Origin: Fidelibacterota bacterium
GTDB lineage: Bacteria > Fidelibacterota > UBA2242
Direction: 5' to 3'
DNA length: 64,000 nucleotides
NCBI GenBank assembly: GCA_049975265.1
Contig: JBNGDF010000008.1
Location: 47,528 to 111,527, forward strand
Shown here one piece after another: positions 8,470-17,600 of this stretch. The translations under genes and the position numbers were made by a program. The stretch's first letter is position 1, and the number at the start of each line of letters is the position of its first letter. The notes under the pieces were generated by a model that made no database searches, had not been told where the DNA came from, and saw nothing but the letters and a program-made list of their open reading frames with translations.

Positions 8470-10647
8470 ATGAAGGCTTTTGAAAAGAGTCGCAGATTAA
8501 AAGCGGGCGGAACGGCATTTTGGGTTGTAAGGCTGCTTCTCGTTGGAATGGTGTTCGCCCAGACGCAGCCGGAGCTGGAAACAGCCACCGTCCAGATGGG
8601 ACGGGTCTGGGTCGGTGTCAAAGCCAATGGCGATAAAGGCAATTTCGAATTCCGCTACCCCTTTTTCCCCAACGATTACGACGTACTCGGCGTGCGGGGT
8701 CAGCAACAGGATTTATGGGGCGGTGCAGGCTTCCGGCTGGTGACCACCAACTGGTGGGACCCGGTCTATCCCGATTCGCTGCACAAAGTGGCTATTTTCG
8801 GACCGACGAACGAGTATATGCCTCAGGGAAAAGTCGTTGAAGGCGGCGAGCTGACCAATTATGCCCGCTTTGGGTATCCGGAGCAGTATGTTGATTTCGA
8901 ACCGCTGTCTCTGCCGGAATTCAGTCCGACCGCTCCCGATATGCTGGGCGATTACAGTTACGATCAGGTGGTAGAGGTGACCTCGGAAAATATTCTCGGT
9001 GTGCAGCTCCGCCGCAAGCTGATGGCTTGGAGCCAGAGCCTGAATGATGATTACGTCATTCTCGATGTGGAACTGACCAACGTCAGTGGCGATACGCTGC
9101 CCGATTTTTATATTAATGTGGAATCCAACGGGGAAAACACCTATCATTCCACTGGCTCCAATCCGACCCTGAGAGGAGAAGAGGCGATCCAGACATCCTA
9201 TACCTGGCAGCACTATTACGGCGGTCGGGTCGGCGACAGCCTGCGGGTCTTTTATGAATACAGCGCTGACGATCCCAACATTGTCGGCGATGATATGGGC
9301 AAACCGGCGATTAGCCAGAACGGGCGCCTGGTTTTTCCGAAATTTGTCTGGTATTCGATCCTGCACGCATCAGAACAGCCCTATACGAAACCGGAGGATG
9401 ACGAAGATGATTTTCTGCAGCCAAAGGTGACCTACATCGGCAAAAGCAACCTGATTCCCTACAATGATGAGAGCGATGAATTCGGCAGTAAAAATTTCTG
9501 GGCGATTCGCGGCGCCTATTCAGAATTCTTACCCATGAGCGGTAATACCTGGCCGGGTACTTATCACGGGGTCAATAGCGACGAGTACAATTCGCCGGAT
9601 TTTTCGGCTCTGGGCGCCGTTTCCAAAGATAATAATAATTCCAAGATGTATTCCAGCTTCGGTCCCTACACCTTTCTGCCGGGTCAGAAAATCCGGCTGG
9701 TGTTTGCCAGTGGCTATTCCGGTCTCAGTCTCGAAAAGGGCAAGGAGATCGGACGCAAGTGGCTGAACGGCACTCTGGAAGATCCACCCAATCTACCGGA
9801 TGATCATACCGGGTACCTCCCAGCCAATTTTGTTTTTCCCGCTGGCGCCACGGAAATGGACCGGCGCAAAGACCGCTGGATCAGTACCGGAATTGATTCG
9901 GTCATGGCGAGCGCTTCCCGGGCGAAGTGGAATTTTGACCATGGCTATAAAATTCCCCTTTCACCGCCGCCGCCCAGCCGGATAGATATTACCGGTCTCG
10001 GAACGGGCGTAGAAATAAAGTGGGTAGATATAGAGGCGGAAGCCATGCCGAATTTTGCCGGCTATCGGATTTTGCGGCGGATATCCAACCTGGATTCGGT
10101 CTTTTATGATGTTGTCTACAATTCTGATTCCGATGATAAGGCGGCGGAACATCTTTTTGTTGACACTACGGTCGTTGTGGGCGCGCAGTATTACTACTAT
10201 GTACAGGCAAAAGCCCGCGTTGCACCGGATGATCTGACCGCCCATGCTTCGACGCGCGGAAAGATCATGTACAGTAACCGGGTGCTGCATCCCAATCTGA
10301 CGCCGGTGTTTCCGCCCTATTTCTCCCAGGACGACCTCAGCAAAATCCGGATTGTCCCGAATCCCTACAATATCAACGATCCGCTCTTACGTGATGTCGG
10401 ATGGACCGATCGCCGCGGCTTGATGTTTCTGAATCTGCCTCCGGAGGTGACTATCAAAATCTTCACTGAAAACGGCGACTGGGTGCAGACGCTGGAACAT
10501 TACAGCCCGCCCACTGTGCTCGCCGGCAATAAATTCTGGGATATGATCACCCGCAACCAGCAGGTGATTCACAGCGGGGTCTATATTGCGGTTTTTGAGA
10601 CGCCGGACGGGCAGACATCCATGCAAAAATTTCTGGTAATCCGTTGA
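8470..10647 (+). CDS. Secreted uncharacterised protein with FN3-like domain and variant 'VPNPY' CTD (TBDR/PorV-associated)
   Basis: SPI-type signal without lipobox; PPPPSRIDITG...IKW...FAGYRILR...FVDTTV..GAQYYYYVQA; C-terminal KIRIVPNPY...FLNLPPEVTIKIFTENGDWV...WDMITRNQQVIHSGVYI...KFLVIR. Confidence 0.75.
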   Translation: MKAFEKSRRLKAGGTAFWVVRLLLVGMVFAQTQPELETATVQMGRVWVGVKANGDKGNFEFRYPFFPNDYDVLGVRGQQQDLWGGAGFRLVTTNWWDPVYPDSLHKVAIFGPTNEYMPQGKVVEGGELTNYARFGYPEQYVDFEPLSLPEFSPTAPDMLGDYSYDQVVEVTSENILGVQLRRKLMAWSQSLNDDYVILDVELTNVSGDTLPDFYINVESNGENTYHSTGSNPTLRGEEAIQTSYTWQHYYGGRVGDSLRVFYEYSADDPNIVGDDMGKPAISQNGRLVFPKFVWYSILHASEQPYTKPEDDEDDFLQPKVTYIGKSNLIPYNDESDEFGSKNFWAIRGAYSEFLPMSGNTWPGTYHGVNSDEYNSPDFSALGAVSKDNNNSKMYSSFGPYTFLPGQKIRLVFASGYSGLSLEKGKEIGRKWLNGTLEDPPNLPDDHTGYLPANFVFPAGATEMDRRKDRWISTGIDSVMASASRAKWNFDHGYKIPLSPPPPSRIDITGLGTGVEIKWVDIEAEAMPNFAGYRILRRISNLDSVFYDVVYNSDSDDKAAEHLFVDTTVVVGAQYYYYVQAKARVAPDDLTAHASTRGKIMYSNRVLHPNLTPVFPPYFSQDDLSKIRIVPNPYNINDPLLRDVGWTDRRGLMFLNLPPEVTIKIFTENGDWVQTLEHYSPPTVLAGNKFWDMITRNQQVIHSGVYIAVFETPDGQTSMQKFLVIR

Positions 10648-10667
10648 TGTGCAAAGGAGAAGAATCA

Positions 10668-11684
10668 ATGCGACTCAATAAAATGACCGGATATGTACTG
10701 ATTTTACTCTTTGTGTCTTTTACGCTGACGGATGCCCAGGTGGGTCTGAAAAAGGTGGCGCAGAGCACTATGAATTTTCAGCTGGTCAGCGTCTCGCCGC
10801 GTGCCAGCGCGCTGGGTGAAGCCTTCATTACCCTGGGCACCGGTGCCGAGAGTATCTTTTTCAATCCCGCCGGAATCGCCGAATCTGAAAATCGTCTGGA
10901 TGTCAAACTGTACATGACCCACTGGATTGCGGATATTGATTACTTAGCCGGTGCGCTCAGCTGGAATCTGGGAACTTACGGTACAGTGGGACTGAGCGCT
11001 CTGAGTGTGGATTACGGTACCATCTACGGGACGAGTCTGGTATCCGGTACTGAGATGGTACACTATCCGGCTGGCTACCGGGATTTGGGAACGGTCAGCA
11101 ATGTCGGTGCCTATTCGGTGGGTGTCTCTTATGGAAAAGCCGTCAGCACGCAGTTTTTTATCGGCGGCAATGTTCGTCTGGCAGGTCAGAATCTCGGACA
11201 GAGCTATCTGGAATCCGGACGGAAGGACAATAACGCCACCAGACTGGTTTTCGACGCCGGCGTGAAATATTATACCGGTCTGCGCAGTTTTCGCTTTGGA
11301 ATGGCGATCCGCAATTTTTCTTCCAATATCAAGCGGGAACGGATTTACGAGCAGCTGCCGCTGATCTTTATCATGGGTGCCGCTATTGATCTGTTTGAAA
11401 TGGTGTCACCGGGTGGGGAACGAAACAGCAACCTGACATTGGCGGTGGATTTTTTACATCCCAATAATTACTCCGAGCGGATGAATATCGGACTCGAATA
11501 TCTGGCTTTCGGAAGGCTGGCATTAAGAGCCGGGTATCAGACCAACCAGGATGTGGCTTCCTGGTCGGCGGGCTTGGGGGTCAATGCCAACCTCGCCGGC
11601 AGGACGGTGGCGTTTGACTATTCCTATTCCAATTTTGATATCTTTGATGGGGTCAATCGCCTCTCAATCGGATTTAATTTTTAA
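10668..11684 (+). CDS. PorV/PorQ-like (UPF0164/FadL-type) outer-membrane beta-barrel
   Basis: AGGAG RBS; FQLVSVSPRASALGEAF...SIFFNPAGIA motif, amphipathic strands, ALRAGY, FDYSY, C-terminal Phe. Confidence 0.8.
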   Translation: MRLNKMTGYVLILLFVSFTLTDAQVGLKKVAQSTMNFQLVSVSPRASALGEAFITLGTGAESIFFNPAGIAESENRLDVKLYMTHWIADIDYLAGALSWNLGTYGTVGLSALSVDYGTIYGTSLVSGTEMVHYPAGYRDLGTVSNVGAYSVGVSYGKAVSTQFFIGGNVRLAGQNLGQSYLESGRKDNNATRLVFDAGVKYYTGLRSFRFGMAIRNFSSNIKRERIYEQLPLIFIMGAAIDLFEMVSPGGERNSNLTLAVDFLHPNNYSERMNIGLEYLAFGRLALRAGYQTNQDVASWSAGLGVNANLAGRTVAFDYSYSNFDIFDGVNRLSIGFNF

Positions 11685-11697
11685 CGAGCTGATTCTA

Positions 11698-12912
11698 ATG
11701 AAGCTTCAACATCGCATCACTATTTCAGCGCTAGCGGGTCTGATTCTGATTACCTGCGTGCAATTTTGCGGCGGACGGCTGCAGAGTGACTATCTGAGCT
11801 GGGCAACCCGCACAGCCGATTCCTTTATTGAGCGTGCGCCGGATTACAAAATTACCTACGAAGAAAATCGCGCCAAGCACAAATGGCATTACGAGCAGGG
11901 CTTGATGCTGAACGCACTGCACAGACTCTGGCATATGACAGGGGATCGGTGTTATTTTGACTTTATCCGGCAGAATATCGATCTGTATGTCCAGGAAGAT
12001 GGCTCGATCCTGACCTATGATCAGGAGGATTTCAAGCTGGATGATATCGGTCCGGGAAGAACATTGCTGCGACTCTACGAGGAGGTCGGTGACGAAAAGT
12101 ATCACAAGGCGGCACAGCGGCTGCGTCGCCAGCTGGAGAGGCAACCACGCACGTCGGCGGGCGGTTTCTGGCATAAGAAAATTTATTCCTGGCAGATGTG
12201 GCTGGATGGACTCTATATGGCGGCGCCCTTTTATGCGGAATATGAAAAAAGATTTGCCGCATCGCCGGATTACGCCGATGTCGTTCGGCAATTCCGGCTG
12301 ATCTATACACAAACCCGTGATCCTGAAACCGGTTTGCTGTATCACGGCTGGGATGAGAAGCGGCAGCAGATCTGGGCGAATCCACAGACCGGATTGTCAT
12401 CGCATTTCTGGGGGCGTGGTCTCGGCTGGTATATGATGGCGCTGGTGGATGTACTGGAGATTTTACCGGCGGAGACAACCGGCAGGGAGAATCTGTTGAA
12501 GCAACTGAATGATCTTGCACAAGCCATATTAAAGGTGCGGGATCCGGAGTCAAAAGTCTGGTATCAGGTGCTGGACCAGGGGGATCGTGAGGGCAACTAT
12601 CTGGAATCTTCCGCTTCGGCGATGTTCATTTATAGTTTTGCCAAAGGTGCGAATAAAGGCTACCTGCCGGCTGAGTATCGCAAAATTGCCAAAGAATCCT
12701 TTCGGGGCTTTATCGCTGAATTCGTCCATGTGAATGAGGACGGTTTGGTGGATGTGCGGCACGTCTGCTCCGGTGCCGGTTTGGGCGGTAAGCAGCAGCG
12801 CGACGGCAGCTTTGAATATTATATCAGCGAACCGCAGCGCACCAACGACTGCAAAGCCGTGGGTCCTTTTATTTTGGCGGCGCTGGAACTGACGAAAGGA
12901 CGCGGGAAGTAG
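11698..12912 (+). CDS. Unsaturated rhamnogalacturonyl/galacturonyl hydrolase, GH105 (YteR/YesR-like)
   Basis: KWHYEQG, KLDDIGPG, GGFWHK...QMWLDGLYMAAPF, GLLYHGWDE, FWGRGLGW, YLESSASAMF; start taken at ATG 11698 after the upstream stop. Confidence 0.92.
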   Translation: MKLQHRITISALAGLILITCVQFCGGRLQSDYLSWATRTADSFIERAPDYKITYEENRAKHKWHYEQGLMLNALHRLWHMTGDRCYFDFIRQNIDLYVQEDGSILTYDQEDFKLDDIGPGRTLLRLYEEVGDEKYHKAAQRLRRQLERQPRTSAGGFWHKKIYSWQMWLDGLYMAAPFYAEYEKRFAASPDYADVVRQFRLIYTQTRDPETGLLYHGWDEKRQQIWANPQTGLSSHFWGRGLGWYMMALVDVLEILPAETTGRENLLKQLNDLAQAILKVRDPESKVWYQVLDQGDREGNYLESSASAMFIYSFAKGANKGYLPAEYRKIAKESFRGFIAEFVHVNEDGLVDVRHVCSGAGLGGKQQRDGSFEYYISEPQRTNDCKAVGPFILAALELTKGRGK

Positions 12913-12915
12913 TAG

Positions 12916-14517
12916 ATGAACCGGTACGGCTATATCGGGTACTTATTTCTCGGAGCGGTCATGCTGGTGATCGTGTTAAACTGTGCCAGAGAAACCACTA
13001 CCTATAGCAATCCCATCATTCATGCCGATTATTCCGATCCGGATGTCATTCGTGTCGGGGACGATTTTTATATGGTGTCATCCAGTTTCGCCCATACGCC
13101 GGGGTTACCGGTTCTGCAATCGAAGGATTTAGTGAACTGGAAAATTATCGGTCACGCAATAGAGAATTTGCCACACAGAATTTACGAGAAACCGCAGCAC
13201 GGGAAAGGCGTCTGGGCGCCGAGTATCCGGTACTATCAGGGCGAGTTCCGGATTTATTACGGTGATCCCGATTTCGGGATTTACATGGTTCGCGCTAAAA
13301 ATCCCGCCGGTCCCTGGAAAAGACCGGTATTAATAAAAGCCGCCCAAGGGCGCATCGATCCCTGCCCCTTCTGGGATGATGACGGCAGCGGTTACCTGGT
13401 CCACGCCTGGGCGAAAAGCCGTTCCGGATTCAACAGCATTCTTACACTCTGCCGCCTGAATGAAGACGGGACCCGGATCACCGACGAGGGAACCACGATT
13501 TTCGATGGGCACACAAATCATCCGACCATCGAGGGACCGAAAATGTACAAACGGGATGGTTTTTACTATATCTTCGCCCCGGCGGGTGGTGTGAAGGAGG
13601 GCTGGCAGACGGTGCTGCGTTCGAAAAATATCTACGGTCCCTATGAGGATAAGATTGTTCTCGAGCAGGGCAGCACCAGGATCAACGGTCCGCATCAGGG
13701 TGCCTGGGTGCAGACCCAAGCCAGGGAATCGTGGTTTATCCATTTTCAGGATAAGGCTGCCTATGGACGGATTGTTCATCTGAATCCGGTGAAATGGGTT
13801 GCCGGCTGGCCGGTCATGGGAACAGATTTCGATGGCAACGGTATCGGCGAACCGGTGGCGGAATACAGGCTGCCATTGCCGGATGAAAAGGAAATCTTTG
13901 AAATTCAGACCGGTGATGAGTTTGAATCTGAGAACCTGGGACTGCAGTGGCAGTGGCAAGCCAATCATTCAGATGAGTGGTATTCGCTTACCGACAAGCC
14001 GGGTTATCTGCGGCTGTATTCTGTTGAATTGCCGGAAGATAACGAAAATCTGTGGGATGTCGCAGCGATTCCGGCTCAGAAATTTCCGGCGGAAGAATTC
14101 GAAGTCACGACACGGTTGAGTCTCATGAGTGCCGGCGGAGACAGAGCCGGACTGGTGGTAATCGGATTGGATTATGCTTGTCTCGCAATCTCCCGCAACG
14201 GCGCTGATTATTTTCTCACCTTTGCCGAATGTAAAAACGCAGACGCCGGGACAGCCGAAGTGGTTGTCGAGAGGATTCCGGTGCAGAATGCGGAGATTTT
14301 TCTCGGCGTTGCCGTTCGGAAAGGGGGACGCTGTTCCTTCAAATACAGCGAAGACGGTGCCCGATTCCATTCCATCGGGCGGGAATTCCAGGCGCGCAAG
14401 GGTAAATGGGTTGGCGCTAAAGTCGGGTTGTTTTGTGCCCGCCAGGGTAACAAAAGCGGCGGCTATGTGGATATTGATTTTTTCAGAATCGACCCTGGAG
14501 ATCAGGGAAATGTATAA
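12916..14517 (+). CDS. GH43 beta-xylosidase/alpha-L-arabinofuranosidase with C-terminal ConA-like domain; probable lipoprotein
   Basis: NPIIHADYSDPDVIRVG, SKDLVNW, GVWAPSIRY, IDPCPFWDDDG, IEGPKMYK, GPHQG, WVGAKVGLF; VLNC lipobox. Confidence 0.9.
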   Translation: MNRYGYIGYLFLGAVMLVIVLNCARETTTYSNPIIHADYSDPDVIRVGDDFYMVSSSFAHTPGLPVLQSKDLVNWKIIGHAIENLPHRIYEKPQHGKGVWAPSIRYYQGEFRIYYGDPDFGIYMVRAKNPAGPWKRPVLIKAAQGRIDPCPFWDDDGSGYLVHAWAKSRSGFNSILTLCRLNEDGTRITDEGTTIFDGHTNHPTIEGPKMYKRDGFYYIFAPAGGVKEGWQTVLRSKNIYGPYEDKIVLEQGSTRINGPHQGAWVQTQARESWFIHFQDKAAYGRIVHLNPVKWVAGWPVMGTDFDGNGIGEPVAEYRLPLPDEKEIFEIQTGDEFESENLGLQWQWQANHSDEWYSLTDKPGYLRLYSVELPEDNENLWDVAAIPAQKFPAEEFEVTTRLSLMSAGGDRAGLVVIGLDYACLAISRNGADYFLTFAECKNADAGTAEVVVERIPVQNAEIFLGVAVRKGGRCSFKYSEDGARFHSIGREFQARKGKWVGAKVGLFCARQGNKSGGYVDIDFFRIDPGDQGNV

Positions 14518-14615
14518 AGCAGGAGCCATGCTGTTTCTTGGCAGAATAAAAAAAAGGAGGGAAAGATGAAGGAAAGAGTTATCGGAATGAATATTTTACA
14601 AAAGAGGAGGTTAAG

Positions 14616-17600
14616 ATGAAGAAAAGTGCGATTTTTGGCGTAATCTGCATCGTATTCGCCTTGCTGGCTTTTATACCTTTGAAAGCCCAGTGGCAGGTAT
14701 ACGATGGCAGTGTATTGCCGGCTGAGACCGGCAGCAGCGGCACTCTGGATATATCGAGTGTCAGCGATGACTCACCCGGTCTTGACATGGTACAGGAAAT
14801 TATTGATGATCCCGATATTCCGGGTAACAAAATTTTCAAGTACCTGCAGCCCAACGGCAAGACGAATTTCCGGCATTACTTTAGTGACACATATGCGGAC
14901 TCGGCTTTTACGATTGTCGCCAGAGTAAAGGGAGATACGGCTTCGGTATTTGATCGTGCCTTTGATTTTGAATGGCGCAACGGCAATGCCGGTACCCGGG
15001 ATAAACTGCTGCTCTGGACCCAGGATAATCTGCTGGAGTTGGATAATAACGGTGCCAAGATTGATCCGGGAGTCAGTATTTCCGATTGGCATACTTATCG
15101 GATTACCGTGTTTGGAGATACGGCGACGATCTTCATTGATGAGAATCCGGTGCCGGTTCACAAAGCCGGTACGAGCAACTCCACTTCGGACAAATATTTC
15201 AAGATGGGCGACGGTTCCGGCGATGCCATCGGTGGCTATATGGACTGGTGTGCGCTGGATACTTCTGGGGCTTATGCACCCGGTGAGGGTACACCTATTC
15301 CGGCGGAACTGTATGTTGATGGTACCCCGATCCCACCTTCTTGGAAGGTATACGACGGAAGTGTGCTACCAGGCGAAACAACCGGTGAGGGCGATAATCT
15401 GGATATATCGAGTGTCAGCGATGACTCACCCGGTCTTGACATGGTACAGGAAATTATTGATGATCCCGATATTCCGGGTAACAAAATTTTCAAGTACCTG
15501 CAGCCCAACGGCAAGACGAATTTCCGGCATTACTTTAGTGACACATATGCGGACTCGGCTTTTACGATTGTCGCCAGAGTAAAGGGAGATACGGCTTCGG
15601 TATTTGATCGTGCCTTTGATTTTGAATGGCGCAACGGCAATGCCGGTACCCGGGATAAACTGCTGCTCTGGACCCAGGATAATCTGCTGGAGTTGGATAA
15701 TAACGGTGCCAAGATTGATCCGGGAGTCAGTATTTCCGATTGGCATACTTATCGGATTACCGTGTTTGGAGATACGGCGACGATCTTCATTGATGAGAAT
15801 CCGGTGCCGGTTCACAAAGCCGGTACGAGCAACTCCACTTCGGACAAATATTTCAAGATGGGCGACGGTTCCAGTGATGCCATTGGTGGCTATATGGATT
15901 GGTGTATCCTCGATGTGACCGGTGCTTATGCGCCCGGCGAAGGCGCGCCGATTCCGGCGTATCTCTACGTTGATGGCGGACCGCCGCCGGCAAAATGGCT
16001 GGTCTATGATGCCGGTGTATTGCCCACTGAGACCGCAGATGCCGGTGGTGACACGCTGGATATATCGGATATCAGCGATGATTATCCGGGAACCGGCATG
16101 GTGGCGGAGATTATTAACGATCCGGATATTAGCGGGAACAAGTTATTCAAGTACCTGCAGCCGGATGGCAGACTGACTTTCCGCCACTATTTTGATGAAA
16201 GTTATGAAGATTCGAACTTCACCATTGTAACCCGGATTAAGGGTGAAAACGATGCCGCTTATGACCGCGCCTTTGATATCCGCTGGGACAACGCCAATGC
16301 CGGCACCCGCGATGAATTGCGTATCTGGCCGGCGGACAGTACTCTGGAGCTGGAAAAAGCGGATGTTTCCATTAAACTGGACGTGGATTTTTATGTCTGG
16401 CACACTTTCCGAATAGTGGTCAATGGTGATCTTGCCGAAGTCTATCTGGATGAAAATCCGGAGCCGGTTATCAGCGGAATTACAACGGCTACCACCTCCA
16501 GTCAGTATCTGAAGATTGGGGACGGTTCCAGTGATGCCATTGGCGGTTATATGGATTGGTTAATTCTCGATGTTTCCGGCGCTTATGGTCCGGATCAGGG
16601 ATTACCCATACCCGAAGGACTGTTTGTGGATCATAGTCCGGAACCCTACGTTCCCAAATGGCTGGTCTATGATGCCGGCATCCTGCCGTCGGAAACAGCC
16701 GATTGCGGCGGCGATACGCTGGACCTCTCCAGTGTCAGTGACGATTCACCGGGAACCGGTCTCGTGGAAGAGATTATTGATGATCCGGACATTACCGGAA
16801 ATAAGCTGCTGAAGTACCTGCATCCCGATGGTAGAAAGATGTATCGTCACTATATGGATGAGGTAAATGCGGCAGAATCGATTACCCTGATGGCGCGGGT
16901 GAAAGGGGAACGCGATGCGACCTATGATCGCGCCTTTGACCTGCAGTGGCGCAATGCCAAAGCCAATGCCCGGGATGAACTGCGCATCTGGCCGGCAGAC
17001 AGTACGCTGGAGCTGGAAAAAGCCGGTGTGGAAGTGAAAGTAGATATGGACCTCTATGAATGGCATACCTATCGGATTGCCGTTTATGGTGATTCGGCGG
17101 TGGTCTTCGTTGATGAATACGAAGAGCCCTATCTTACGGGTGTCAGCAGCGAAGCCACATCGGATCTGTATATCAAGATTGGAGACGGTTCCAGCGACGC
17201 TGTTGGCGGATATCTGGATTGGTGTATTCTTGATATCTCCGGCGCCTTCGAGCCGGGTGAAGGATTGGCGATTCCGGCGGAGTTGTACGTAGATGAATTC
17301 GAATTCATTGCCCAGCCCGGCTGGAGAATCTATGACGGCAGTGTTCTGCCGACAGAAACCAGCGGTGGAGGTGACAGTCTGGATATTTCCAATCTGAGTG
17401 AAGATTCGCCTGGCACAGATATGGTGGAGGTGATCGTTGATGATCCGGATATCTCCGGCAATAAGCTGTTCCAGTACGAGCAGCCCGGTCAATATGGTGA
17501 AAAACGGATGTACCGGTCGTACTTCAATGAATACTGGAAAGGGACCGAGTTTACGCTGATTTTCAGAACCAGGGCACTGGACGGTTACGATCAGAACTTC

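Noticed and set aside
8470..10647. SusD call for the gene after the TBDR (also 51285-54485)
   Set aside because: No convincing lipobox and no SusD/RagB motifs; both carry FN3-like and CTD-like domains instead.
11551..11697. N-terminal extensions in the ORF track (also 5110, 36062, 40765, 48547, 56970)
   Set aside because: They overlap upstream genes or hairpins or lack an RBS; downstream ATGs fit the signal peptides or family N-termini better.
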